A stretch of DNA of 64,000 bases, taken from the NCBI GenBank assembly GCA_038065555.1, contig JBBTQS010000001.1, positions 128,741 to 192,740 on the forward strand, read 5' to 3'. The notes beneath the pieces were generated by a model. That model was not told the DNA's origin and did not search any database. It worked only from the letters and a program-made list of their open reading frames with translations. This document shows, piece after piece, positions 36,287 to 45,956 of the stretch. Position numbers and translations under genes: made by a program. This DNA comes from Patescibacteria group bacterium (lineage in GTDB: Bacteria; Patescibacteriota; Patescibacteriia; Magasanikbacterales; JBBTQS01). The number at the start of each line of letters is the position of its first letter. Position 1 is the first letter of the stretch.

Positions 36287-36637
36287 ATGCGCCACAATAA
36301 TAAAGTCAAAACATTCGATCGTAAGAAGGCATCTCGCGAAGCCCTCTTCCGCTCCCTCGCGGAGTCGGTGATTCTTCGTGAGCGTGTGGAGACGACTCAG
36401 GCAAAGGCCAAGTACGTCCGCCCGCTTGTTGAGAAGCTTATTACGCTCGGAAAGAAGCGATCGTTGCACGCACAGCGTGAGATCCTCAAGCAGGTGTACA
36501 CCCAGCAAGCTCGTAAGAAGTTGGTTGAGGCACTTGCTGACAAGTATCAGGATCGCGCAGGTGGGTACACACGTATCGTTGCATCTGGATGCCGTCCTGG
36601 TGATGGAGCATCTATGGCTATTATCGAATTGGTCTAA
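36287..36637 (+). CDS. rplQ: 50S ribosomal protein L17.
   Basis: MRHNNKVKTFDRKKASREALFRSLAESVI... Confidence 0.95.
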   Translation: MRHNNKVKTFDRKKASREALFRSLAESVILRERVETTQAKAKYVRPLVEKLITLGKKRSLHAQREILKQVYTQQARKKLVEALADKYQDRAGGYTRIVASGCRPGDGASMAIIELV

Positions 36638-36642
36638 TCCCT

Positions 36643-36990
36643 ATGAGCAAAACACATACTATTGATGCTACAGGGCAGGCTCCAGGTCGCGTTGCAACCG
36701 CAGTTGCACGCATCCTCATGGGCAAGCACACCGCTCAGTACGAACCACGCGTGTGGTCCGGTGAGCCAGTGCATGTTATCAATGCAGGAGCGATCAAGAC
36801 CACTCCAAAGAAGTTGGAGCAGAAGAACTACTACCGTCACAGCAAGTATCCAGGTGGTTTGAAAACAACGACTATGGAGAAGGCAATGGCAAAGGACCCA
36901 ACGTTCATCATTCGCCACGCAGTAGCTCGCATGTTGCCGAAGAACAATATGCGCGTCCGCATGCTTAAGAACTTGCGCATTACCGCATAA
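36643..36990 (+). CDS. rplM: 50S ribosomal protein L13.
   Basis: MSKTHTIDATGQAPGRVATAVARILMGKH... Confidence 0.95.
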   Translation: MSKTHTIDATGQAPGRVATAVARILMGKHTAQYEPRVWSGEPVHVINAGAIKTTPKKLEQKNYYRHSKYPGGLKTTTMEKAMAKDPTFIIRHAVARMLPKNNMRVRMLKNLRITA

Positions 36991-36994
36991 CGCT

Positions 36995-37396
36995 ATGGCA
37001 GAAACGACAAATCTCATCGCGACCATCGGTCGCCGCAAGTGTGCTAGCGCTCGCGTTCGTCTCACTCCAAATGGTACAGGTAAAGTATTGGTGAATGGCA
37101 TGGACCACACGAAGTACTTTGCAACTGAGGAGCAGCGTCAGATCGCTGTCTCTCCGCTTACCGCAGTAGGTAAGGCTGAGACCACAGACACTTCCGTGAA
37201 AGTTCTCGGCGGTGGTAAGAAGGGTCAGTCAGTAGCAGTACGCCTCGGCATTGCACGCGCACTTATCGAACTCGATGAGACATTGCGCAAGTCACTCAAG
37301 GCACTTGGCTATCTCTCTCGCGACGCACGTGTGAAGGAACGTAAGAAATTCGGACATCGCAAAGCTCGCCGCTCTCCACAGTGGAGCAAGCGTTAA
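36995..37396 (+). CDS. rpsI: 30S ribosomal protein S9.
   Basis: C-terminal ...GHRKARRSPQWSKR. Confidence 0.95.
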   Translation: MAETTNLIATIGRRKCASARVRLTPNGTGKVLVNGMDHTKYFATEEQRQIAVSPLTAVGKAETTDTSVKVLGGGKKGQSVAVRLGIARALIELDETLRKSLKALGYLSRDARVKERKKFGHRKARRSPQWSKR

Positions 37397-37449
37397 GCAA
37401 GAAGGACAGTCGCATTCCCATGCGGCTGCTTTTCTTTTATACTTGTTCT

Positions 37450-38910
37450 ATGTCAGTGAAGGCTGGTCTGCGCTCCATTGCGAGCAATACGATTTGGATG
37501 ACGGGTGCGTCTGTAGCCCAGAAAATAATTTCCTTTGGGTATTTTTGGTTTCTTGCACATCGTGTCTCTTTGGAAACACTCGGTCTCTATACATTCGCAC
37601 TTTCGTATACCACGCTTTTTTCGATCGGTACAGATATTGGAATGGCATCGGTGTTGGTTCGTGATGGGGCACGTGATCCAGAGCAGCTTTGGGGATTGTA
37701 CCGGCGCATGATTCGAGTGAAGGTGTTAACGTGTGTTGTCACCTATAGTTTGTTGCTCATTGCGGCTGTTGCTGTTGGGTATGACTCGACGAAGCTCTTG
37801 CTTATTTCGATTGCTGGTATCGCGATGCTTCTCGACTCTATCCATCTCACCAATTATGCAGCACTGCGAGCGCTTCACAACACGCGATACGAGGCGATGG
37901 GTATGGTTGGGAGCCAGGCACTGACGCTAGTGCTAGGAGTAACAGCACTCCTCATGCACGCTCCACTGTGGGTGTTGTTGCTTGCTTATGGGGTGAGTAG
38001 CGCATGCAATGTGCTCTGGAGTACCTTCCAGCTGCTGCGCCATCCACAGGTCGTTGCATTGCGTGTAGCGGGATCTGATAGCAGCCTCTTGCGAGGGGGT
38101 GTTCGCGCACTGTTGCGTGTTGCATTTCCTTTTGCACTTGCTGGCATCTTTACACGCGTCTATTCATCGTTGGATGCTGTGTTGTTGGAACGATTAGCAG
38201 GGGACGCGGCGCTTGGACTCTACAGCGCACCATACAAAATCGCCTTTGCGTTCCAGTTCATCCCTATGGCACTCGTTGCTTCACTCTATCCGCTGTTGAG
38301 CCACGCAGCCGCACATGATATTGCACAAATTCCACGCATCTTCCGTGCTGCAATGACGTATCTCTTGGCAATTGCTATTCCACTTTTTGCTGGAACCGTT
38401 GTTGTGGGGGATGCGTTGTTGGTCGCACTTTTTGGTGCGAAGTATGCTGGAGCAGGAACCGTATTGTCACTCATGATGGCAAGTCTGATATTTGCTTTTG
38501 CAAGTTTTCCTGTGGGATCTGTACTCAACGCTATGCATCTCCAAAAGGCACAAACAGTGATTATGGGTATCGTCATGGTGCTCAACGCTGTACTCAATAT
38601 CATGTTGATTCCGCACTTGGGCGCGGTTGGCGCAGCCATCGCTGCAGTTGTTGGATACGTGGTGCTCTTTGGAGCAGGACTCGTGTGGATGCAGCGTGTG
38701 GTTGTCGTTGCATGGCGCCCCATGGTTTGGCACGTATTCCTAATTCTCGCTGCTACTGGGTGTATGGTTGTTGCATTGTTGCTCTTGCGTGCGGTAGGAA
38801 TGAGCTCTGTGCTGCCACTCATTGTTATCGGTGGTGTGGTGTATGTTGGTTCGTTGATGCTCATGGGTGGCAGAGCGTTGTTGCGTGCACGGTCTTCGTT
38901 CAACGGATAG
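37450..38910 (+). CDS. MOP-superfamily oligosaccharide/polysaccharide flippase (Wzx/MurJ-like).
   Basis: ~14 TM helices, glycine-rich N-terminal repeat typical of the polysaccharide biosynthesis protein family. Confidence 0.7.
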   Translation: MSVKAGLRSIASNTIWMTGASVAQKIISFGYFWFLAHRVSLETLGLYTFALSYTTLFSIGTDIGMASVLVRDGARDPEQLWGLYRRMIRVKVLTCVVTYSLLLIAAVAVGYDSTKLLLISIAGIAMLLDSIHLTNYAALRALHNTRYEAMGMVGSQALTLVLGVTALLMHAPLWVLLLAYGVSSACNVLWSTFQLLRHPQVVALRVAGSDSSLLRGGVRALLRVAFPFALAGIFTRVYSSLDAVLLERLAGDAALGLYSAPYKIAFAFQFIPMALVASLYPLLSHAAAHDIAQIPRIFRAAMTYLLAIAIPLFAGTVVVGDALLVALFGAKYAGAGTVLSLMMASLIFAFASFPVGSVLNAMHLQKAQTVIMGIVMVLNAVLNIMLIPHLGAVGAAIAAVVGYVVLFGAGLVWMQRVVVVAWRPMVWHVFLILAATGCMVVALLLLRAVGMSSVLPLIVIGGVVYVGSLMLMGGRALLRARSSFNG

Positions 38911-38916
38911 TTCGCT

Positions 38917-39960
38917 ATGACTCCACACTCAATCATCCTCTGTACTTCTGAATATCCGCCAGATCATGGTGGAGTTGGCCGGTATCTCGCAGCACTCGTG
39001 CAGCACAGCGATATCCCTGTGACTGTCGTGCGTGTCGAACGTACTGCGCGGTGGTTCGATGTTTTTCGTAGAGTAGAGCGCGAGACTCGTGGCAAGCGAC
39101 GTGCTACGACGCTGTGGTGTAGCCATATTTTCCCTATCGGAACTGCATGCTGGCTCCTCTCGTGGATTGGGGTTCGGTATGAACTATACTTTCATGGAAT
39201 GGACATTGCTATTGCATCGAATGCAGGGGCACTACGTCGATGGGTAGCACGCCGAATCATTGCACGTGCCACGCGAGTGTATGCAAATAGTGTGTATACG
39301 GCAGATCTTGTCTCAGCATTGAGCAAACGGTCAGCTGTACATGTTCGGCATCCTCGCATTAGTGCGTTATCTCAGGTGCAAGCGTCCTTAATTCGCACAC
39401 TCCGTACACAAACAAACATCAATGAGGCCTCACAAATCGTACTCGTAGCTTGCCGCTTGGTTGAGCGCAAAGGTGTAGACCGAGTGATCAGAGCTTTCGC
39501 CCTCTTACCAGCTGAACTCGATGCAACACTTGTCATTGTTGGGGATGGCCCGCAGCGAGCGGTGTGGGAGGAGTTGTCACGAACGTGTGGCATCACCGAT
39601 CGTGTGCGTTGGGTGGGTTCAGTGTCGGATGCAGACTTGTACACATGGTATGCTGCTGCTGCTATTTTTGCGCTGCTTCCACGCGCTTCATCTACAGATT
39701 TCGAAGGGTTTGGTATCGTGTATATTGAGGCGGGGTGGTATGGTGTGCCGGTCATCGCAACACGCACAGGTGGTATATCTGATGCGGTTGTGGACACGGA
39801 GACTGGGTATTTGCTTCCAGACACCGATGATCCGGAGCCAGTTGTTCGTATCATGGAGCAACTGTTAGGGGATCAACAACTACGCCTGCGTATGGGCAAA
39901 CGTGCGCAAGAACGCGTGCAAAATCTTTTTGTATGGAACGACAAAAACAACCACTCGTAA
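38917..39960 (+). CDS. Glycosyltransferase family 4 (GT-B).
   Basis: N-terminal YPPDHGGVGRY, C-terminal GFGIVYIEAGWYGVPVIATRTGGISD (EX7E region). Confidence 0.8.
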   Translation: MTPHSIILCTSEYPPDHGGVGRYLAALVQHSDIPVTVVRVERTARWFDVFRRVERETRGKRRATTLWCSHIFPIGTACWLLSWIGVRYELYFHGMDIAIASNAGALRRWVARRIIARATRVYANSVYTADLVSALSKRSAVHVRHPRISALSQVQASLIRTLRTQTNINEASQIVLVACRLVERKGVDRVIRAFALLPAELDATLVIVGDGPQRAVWEELSRTCGITDRVRWVGSVSDADLYTWYAAAAIFALLPRASSTDFEGFGIVYIEAGWYGVPVIATRTGGISDAVVDTETGYLLPDTDDPEPVVRIMEQLLGDQQLRLRMGKRAQERVQNLFVWNDKNNHS

Positions 39961-40652
39961 GTGTCATTATTCCGGTGTACACGCGTGCACATTTGTTGCA
40001 TGCGTGCCTTCTCTCCATTGCTGCACAAACCTATCGCAATACCCAGGTCATTGTGGTGAACGATGGATCTCCAGAGTCTGATGAAGTGAAGCGCATTGTT
40101 GCGCAGCATCCCGAAATCGATCGCTACATTGAACAAGAGAATGGTGGGGCCCCACGTGCACGAAATCGTGGGTTTGAGGTTGCCACAGGTTCGTATCTGC
40201 TTTTTTGTGACGCTGACGCAGTGCTTGAGCCAACAATGATTGCGCAATGTATGCGCGCTCTGGATCAGCACCCCGAAGCAGCGTACAGCTACTGTGGGAT
40301 GAAATTTGGCTGGAAGACATTTGCTGCATTGCCATTTGATGCAACGCGTCTACGGTTGTTCAATTACATTCATGTAAGCAGTCTCATTCGTCGCGAGGCA
40401 TTTCCTGGATTTGATCCAGAGATCAAGCGATTCCAGGATTGGGATGTGTGGCTCACGATGCTCGAAAAAGGCCATCGGGGTGTTGCGGTCCCTGATGTGC
40501 TATTCACTGTTGCAACAAAGGGAACGATGAGCAAATGGTTGCCCTCGTGGTTCTATCGATTATTTCCTTGGAGCAAAGATGTTCGTGCGTATCGCGCAGC
40601 ACAACAGCACATCCGCACCAAGCATCATTTGCGAGTAGGGTCGGGGAGTTGA
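39933..40652 (+). CDS. Glycosyltransferase family 2 (GT-A, DxD).
   Basis: VSVIIPVYT...VIVVNDGSPE...LFCDADA motifs. Confidence 0.8.
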   Translation: MERQKQPLVSVIIPVYTRAHLLHACLLSIAAQTYRNTQVIVVNDGSPESDEVKRIVAQHPEIDRYIEQENGGAPRARNRGFEVATGSYLLFCDADAVLEPTMIAQCMRALDQHPEAAYSYCGMKFGWKTFAALPFDATRLRLFNYIHVSSLIRREAFPGFDPEIKRFQDWDVWLTMLEKGHRGVAVPDVLFTVATKGTMSKWLPSWFYRLFPWSKDVRAYRAAQQHIRTKHHLRVGSGS

Positions 40653-41548
40653 GCGCGATATCCGTTAGCAAATTGCTGAGCATCGATAGGTCGCCCACCA
40701 GCAACTTGTACTACGTCAAAAGTAAGTACGTCTGTACCATCAACGAGCTGGATGGCACGTTTTGTTGCTACAAAAGACCGTTCGGCAGGGGTATCACTTG
40801 TGCTGTGTGTTGCGGCGATCACCGCGACACGACGCCCAGACGCAAGTGTGAACCACGCCTCGCCGGGGCAGCTATGCACGAGCGCTGCAATATCGGGAAG
40901 TGATTGATGTACAAGATCAATAGCCGTATTTGCGGTGGTAATCTTGGTTGTGTAGGTTGCAGCAGTGTGATCTTGCTCTTCTGGAGCAAAAGGTTGGCGA
41001 ATATACTGCTCGAGTGTCTTCACAAGGAGCGACCCACCGAGCGTGCTGAGCTCCTGGCGTAACTCCGGTGCATAGATTCCAGGTGGAATCGAGTACGTCT
41101 CTCGTGCAAAGATTGGGCCATGGTCCATGAGAGCGTCGAGCAACATGATACTGACGCCGGTTTGATGCGCTCCTTCGCGTAGAGCAGTCTCAACAGGTGT
41201 TGGGCCACGAAACAGCGGAAGAAGCGAAGGATGGACGTTCCACGTACCAGCAGCTGCAACATCGAGCACTCGTTGTGGAATAATTGCGCCGTAGGATGCG
41301 ACAACAGCGATGTCAGGGCGCAGTTCCATGTATGATTCGAAAAAAGACGTGTCTAGTTTTGTTGGCTGCAACAACTGCGCAGTAGTAGGAGTTGCTGTGA
41401 CGGCGGGAAGTCTGCCAGGTCTGCACACTACTCCAACAATCGTCACAATATCTGGTCGAGCAAGAAGATGCTCGAGTACCGTTACTGCAAAGGCATCAGA
41501 TCCGAAAAACACGCAACGCAGTGGCGTATTAAATTGCTGGGTGTTCAT
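40625..41548 (-). CDS. fmt: Methionyl-tRNA formyltransferase.
   Basis: N-terminal formyltransferase fold (VFFGSDAFAV, SLLPLFRGPTPV) plus C-terminal domain. Start taken at the ATG at 41548 (ORF extends to 41572). Confidence 0.85.
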   Translation of the reverse strand: MNTQQFNTPLRCVFFGSDAFAVTVLEHLLARPDIVTIVGVVCRPGRLPAVTATPTTAQLLQPTKLDTSFFESYMELRPDIAVVASYGAIIPQRVLDVAAAGTWNVHPSLLPLFRGPTPVETALREGAHQTGVSIMLLDALMDHGPIFARETYSIPPGIYAPELRQELSTLGGSLLVKTLEQYIRQPFAPEEQDHTAATYTTKITTANTAIDLVHQSLPDIAALVHSCPGEAWFTLASGRRVAVIAATHSTSDTPAERSFVATKRAIQLVDGTDVLTFDVVQVAGGRPIDAQQFANGYRAQLPDPTRK

Positions 41549-42059
41549 GGGTGTAGTTGTGCGCTTGAACAAGATTGGTAGCTTTGTCTACGAAAAGTAC
41601 GCCGTCGAGATGGTCCACCTCATGTTGGAGTACGCGCGCGAGAAAGTCAGTAGCGTCAAAGGCGATAGGGTTACCATGACGATCCATGCCTTCGACGTGG
41701 ATTGATACCGCGCGCCGCACGTCGCCAAACACTCCAGGAACCGAGAGACATCCTTCCTGATCAACTGCATGTCGGGCAGAATGGTTCGTGAGTACTGGAT
41801 TCACGAGGACCATGTCCATTGCAGGGAACTGTCGTGCGTTCTTTGTTTGTTTGAATGCGTCTTTGCCGATTACAATGATACGACGAGCTACAGCAACCTG
41901 TGGTGCAGCAATGCCAATACCGTCGTCGAGGTACATGAGCTCCACCAAATCATCGATGAACTGTTGCGTTTCGTGCAATGCCAAAAATGAGCGGTCTATC
42001 TCGGTGGATCGCTTGCGCAGTCGCTTATCTGGAAGGGTGATGACTCGTAACGTGCTCAT
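41529..42059 (-). CDS. def: Peptide deformylase.
   Basis: GIGIAAPQV, EGCLSVPG and QHEVDHLDG motifs. Confidence 0.92.
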   Translation of the reverse strand: MSTLRVITLPDKRLRKRSTEIDRSFLALHETQQFIDDLVELMYLDDGIGIAAPQVAVARRIIVIGKDAFKQTKNARQFPAMDMVLVNPVLTNHSARHAVDQEGCLSVPGVFGDVRRAVSIHVEGMDRHGNPIAFDATDFLARVLQHEVDHLDGVLFVDKATNLVQAHNYTHEHPAI

Positions 42060-43720
42060 GGAGAAAGCGGATTAGGTTCGACTCGATCTTCGCGTGCGAG
42101 TTGTGGTGTGAGAGCGCAGAGCTCGTCAATCCACGTAGCCATCGGCAAACGCACCAGTCGTGTGGTACTTGTTATAGCGGATTTTTGTTGTTTTGGCAAT
42201 GGCCCTGGGCTCACGCGAATCAGTCTAATATATGGTGGATACTGGTGTTTTTTGCGACTTTGGAGCTCGTGGGCGAAGAATCGGCGCAACGCGTCTGTGT
42301 CGCGTAGTGCTCCCCACAGCGGATGCTCAGCCTTCCATGTGCTCAGGAGAAGTCGGGCTGTTGGGGCACGAAACGCTAATTCTCTGAAGTAGTACAATGC
42401 ATCTTCGACCGTTCGGTACCACAACCGACCAAATCGTGCGTCAGCACTCGGCGCCCAAACGATAGAAGCGCGAGCCAATACTGAGTGATACAGAATAGAA
42501 TCAGTTGCAACGATAATCTGCGCATCAGGTGGGACGTCTGTAGTTTCAGATGTGAAAACACCTGTATGGAATGCAGGAAATGCCTCCGCCGCCATGCGTG
42601 CAAGATATTCGACACTCATGCCACGTGAATGCAGTGTGGTTCCATGACACTGCGGGCACTCAGTAGCAGTACGTGATGCAATGATGGTTTCGCACTCAGC
42701 ACAACGAAGTACAACGGATGCATCAGTTCTGTTCACGAGGATGACTGCAGGGTGTTCGCTCGTTGCTTGAGCCAGTGCATCTCGTACAGGATCAGGAATG
42801 GCGTGGTAGAGCCGCGCACGGACCAGCTGTGCGTTGTCGATGGATTCGAATGTGAGGGGCTCTGGGTTCCATGCACGAGTCCACGCCTCCTTCTCAAGCA
42901 ACTGTTCCGTTGTGGCAGTGTGCGCAAATGTTGTAACGCGAAGATTCTCTGATCTCGCACGAATCATGAGGACATCAAGTGTTGTGGTGTGCGGCTGTCC
43001 GTCCCATTGCGTGTGACTGTCGTCTTGTGGATGGACGACCAACACCTGAGTCTCTGGCGCGAAGGGGAGTAGTGCGGCTGCGCGCGTGCCGACAATGATA
43101 TCTGGCGCCGCAACCCGAACACGATGCCAAATCGCCTTCACGTCCTTTGCAGATCCTGCGCGCGTGTATGCGCGTATATTCTTTCCTGGGAATGCGGCCG
43201 TACACTGCGCGATGATTCGATCAACGGTGGAAGATTCTGGACAAATGATCACGCATGTACTCTCTGGGAACGCGCGTACTTGCGCAATGAGTGCTTCGTC
43301 AACGTCAGCTCCTCGATCAACAATGGTGTGGCGAAGCGCAACAGTACCATGTGCCGCATGTGCGTGTGCAAGCGGGGGGAGTGTAGCTGCTTTGACCATC
43401 CGTGGACCGATGGATGGGAGCATTGATATTGCCATCGTGCCAGGATTCACATGGTACACGGTCGCAAGTCGTAGCAAGGATGCGCACCATCCCTCTGATA
43501 CGAGTGGTATAGGCGAGAGTGTGGTGGTGATTGGTTGGAGGGGTTTGTCTGTTGGCGCTGTGCCTGTTGTGCAATCTACAACAATCCCAAGTTTGGTTCT
43601 TGAGCGAAATGGGATGGTAACCAACGATCCAACAACGATCTCTTGGTCTTCGGATGCGGTATAGGAAAATGGCCCGACTCCTACTGGTAATCGTACGAGG
43701 GGGACAACGCTGATGATCAT
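42056..43720 (-). CDS. priA: Primosomal protein N' (PriA) homolog with degenerate helicase motifs.
   Basis: N-terminal 3'-DNA-binding-like domain and C-terminal Cys4 CAEC...CPQC zinc region, with fmt-def-priA synteny. Walker A position reads AHGTVALRH (not GxGKT), DEAH position reads HPQDD. 554 aa against ~730 typical. Confidence 0.6.
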   Translation of the reverse strand: MIISVVPLVRLPVGVGPFSYTASEDQEIVVGSLVTIPFRSRTKLGIVVDCTTGTAPTDKPLQPITTTLSPIPLVSEGWCASLLRLATVYHVNPGTMAISMLPSIGPRMVKAATLPPLAHAHAAHGTVALRHTIVDRGADVDEALIAQVRAFPESTCVIICPESSTVDRIIAQCTAAFPGKNIRAYTRAGSAKDVKAIWHRVRVAAPDIIVGTRAAALLPFAPETQVLVVHPQDDSHTQWDGQPHTTTLDVLMIRARSENLRVTTFAHTATTEQLLEKEAWTRAWNPEPLTFESIDNAQLVRARLYHAIPDPVRDALAQATSEHPAVILVNRTDASVVLRCAECETIIASRTATECPQCHGTTLHSRGMSVEYLARMAAEAFPAFHTGVFTSETTDVPPDAQIIVATDSILYHSVLARASIVWAPSADARFGRLWYRTVEDALYYFRELAFRAPTARLLLSTWKAEHPLWGALRDTDALRRFFAHELQSRKKHQYPPYIRLIRVSPGPLPKQQKSAITSTTRLVRLPMATWIDELCALTPQLAREDRVEPNPLSP

Positions 43721-43722
43721 GT

Positions 43723-44514
43723 CTAGAACGTGAATTGTGCTGTGAGATACCCTACACCCATTGGATGCTCGTAGGCGAGCTCGCGGTATCGGTATTGCAT
43801 GCGCTGCACCATTCCTAGGAAGAGTACCAGTGGAGGGAGGGCATATTGTTCTGCCTGATCGGCCACCGCACGGTCCATGGAGAGCAATCTACTTGTGTTG
43901 TAGTCCTGCAATCTCGCGCGCACTTCTGCATCAAATATTTCACCGGATTTGTGATACCCAAATGGCGCATCAGTGTGCAATGTGTGCGCCAGGTTGGTAG
44001 AAACAATCACACCATAGCGAGTCGTGCTCTCGAGGATCAAATCTTTGAGAGCATACCCGAAGTCGAACTGCTCCTTGAGAGGGAGAGCTGATGTTCCGAT
44101 GACGGCGATTCGATTGAACCGGATACCTGGGCGCAGGAGCAATGCGGGGATGGCACTTGCGTAGTCGAGCTCCGAACTGGTGCGCGTGATCACAGGGAGT
44201 GATTCGCGCAAGCAGCGCTCGCGTACGCGTGCAGAAAGCTCAAGATCGTTCTTGAGTGGAGCGTAGGTGTGTAGATCTCCGAATTCTGTGAAGGTGAGAT
44301 CAAGCTCTGGCGCACCAGCCACGCTAAACGCTTCATCCTGAATTCCAGCATGAGCCGAAATTATAATCAGCGTATCAACGTACGATGCGTAGAGTTCCTC
44401 AGTCAAAAGTTGGCATGCAGCGCGGGTTTTGGGCAACTGGTAGAGCTCCTTGGTGCTCACGTGGGGCAACAGGAGTGGGGTGTGAGGCATTAGTGCTGCA
44501 AAAACAAGTGACAT
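43723..44514 (-). CDS. Class III extradiol dioxygenase (LigB/DODA/Memo-like) family protein.
   Basis: N-terminal MPHTPLL and ISAHAG His-containing motifs typical of the LigB fold. Function uncertain. Confidence 0.45.
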   Translation of the reverse strand: MSLVFAALMPHTPLLLPHVSTKELYQLPKTRAACQLLTEELYASYVDTLIIISAHAGIQDEAFSVAGAPELDLTFTEFGDLHTYAPLKNDLELSARVRERCLRESLPVITRTSSELDYASAIPALLLRPGIRFNRIAVIGTSALPLKEQFDFGYALKDLILESTTRYGVIVSTNLAHTLHTDAPFGYHKSGEIFDAEVRARLQDYNTSRLLSMDRAVADQAEQYALPPLVLFLGMVQRMQYRYRELAYEHPMGVGYLTAQFTF

Positions 44515-44517
44515 AGA

Positions 44518-45915
44518 TTATTTCTTGCCGATCGTGGTTGCATTGAGCTCAATAGGAACTCCAATTGGCGCTCCTAGGAGTGCCTGTTCATTCACGTACA
44601 GAATGTTTTCTTTCTTATATCCCAATCCTTGGAAGACCGCATCATTAGGAATGAGTCGACGGGTGCCGTCAGAGACAACGTAGGTGAAAGGAGACCCCTT
44701 CACAGAAATGAGTGTACCTTCGCGGAATGTATATGCCTTGTTGACCAGTGGGTATTCAGCGAGTGTTTTCATGTCTACGACGATAGGCTTCGCGTTCGGG
44801 AATTGTGCCTTCACAATATCCAAGTGTGCGATGGGTTGTCGCATGCCGTTCTCCACGTAGTAGTATGCGCCAGACTTCTTCTCCTTCATGACCGTTCCGA
44901 GAGGGTAGATTGAGGCGCTTGTAATAATGTTGCCCTGGTAGTAGTCGTCGAGTTCTGCGGTTGTGATGTCGATGACTTCGCCTGGATTGTAGCCAAGCTG
45001 ACGGAATACTTCCTTGGAAGGAATGTAGCGAATCGTGTCATCTTGGAGCAAGTACGTCATCCCATTCTCGATGCGCAAAATAGAGTAGTTAGCGAATTTG
45101 ATTGCAGGACCCTCCTCGAAGGATTGCAAATCTGCATCGCTGATTTCGATAATTTGCGATGGGTTGTATCGGCTCGTGAGTGCGGTGAGGGATGCAAATG
45201 GTCGGCGCATTCCTTTTTGGATGATGTACACCGTCTTGCTGCTCTTGGTCTTTACGAGCGAGCCATTGGGGTAGACACGTGTGAACCAGCGATTCCAAAT
45301 CTTCCACAAATTCGCATTGCCATTGATGTGCGGAGTATAGGTGTAGAGGAATCCTGTTGCGAAATTCTGTGGTGTAACTGGTGTGTTGCTAAAGGTATAT
45401 TGCTGTCCAACCTTCTTGAACGATGGGTGTGATTGGTGCTCGTACCACCAGCGCACAGATCCTGCTGCATTATCGATTTGTTTTGCGAATCCTTTGAATT
45501 TGCCGATGGCTGGATCGTCCATCGAGCAGGAATCGCACACAGCGTAGCCTGTTGCCCAGTCGAGCGCCTTTTGTGATGGGAATTGCTTCTCTACAAGGCT
45601 TTGCTCCTTTTGCAACAGAACGAGAAGATACCGTGGGTTGACGGTGTAGAGCTGTGCTGCGTTGTAGATAATGTCGCTGGCGCGCTGGAGTGAGTTGGTT
45701 GTGACATCAATGTCCTTGTACGTGCTCAGTCCACTGCGTCGTGATTCCAGGAATCCTTGAATCGTGTCACGCGACATGGATGTAGAATCGAACATCTCCG
45801 CATCACTAATAATGTGCGCTGGATTGAATTCAGCTGCTGTAGCAAGAAGTGGTTGTGCAACCAACATCCCTGCAAAAACAGCTGCAAAAATGGTTTTGGG
45901 TAAAGAAAATGGCAT
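44518..45915 (-). CDS. Secreted protein: signal peptide, N-terminal domain of unknown (possibly cell-wall-related) function, and four tandem ~55-aa repeats.
   Basis: Signal peptide MPFSLPKTIFAAVFAGMLVAQPLLATAAE. Repeats such as GTLISVKGSPFTYVVSDGTRRLIPNDAVFQGLGYKKENILYVNEQALLGAPIG recur 4 times. Confidence 0.6.
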   Translation of the reverse strand: MPFSLPKTIFAAVFAGMLVAQPLLATAAEFNPAHIISDAEMFDSTSMSRDTIQGFLESRRSGLSTYKDIDVTTNSLQRASDIIYNAAQLYTVNPRYLLVLLQKEQSLVEKQFPSQKALDWATGYAVCDSCSMDDPAIGKFKGFAKQIDNAAGSVRWWYEHQSHPSFKKVGQQYTFSNTPVTPQNFATGFLYTYTPHINGNANLWKIWNRWFTRVYPNGSLVKTKSSKTVYIIQKGMRRPFASLTALTSRYNPSQIIEISDADLQSFEEGPAIKFANYSILRIENGMTYLLQDDTIRYIPSKEVFRQLGYNPGEVIDITTAELDDYYQGNIITSASIYPLGTVMKEKKSGAYYYVENGMRQPIAHLDIVKAQFPNAKPIVVDMKTLAEYPLVNKAYTFREGTLISVKGSPFTYVVSDGTRRLIPNDAVFQGLGYKKENILYVNEQALLGAPIGVPIELNATTIGKK

Positions 45916-45956
45916 ATACTAGAGTATAGCCATTTTTCTCAATGTGGACAACCGTG

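Noticed and set aside
38286-38936. 216-aa minus-strand ORF.
   Set aside because: Antisense to the MOP flippase gene. Proline/Thr-rich low-complexity translation of a GC-rich TM-coding region.
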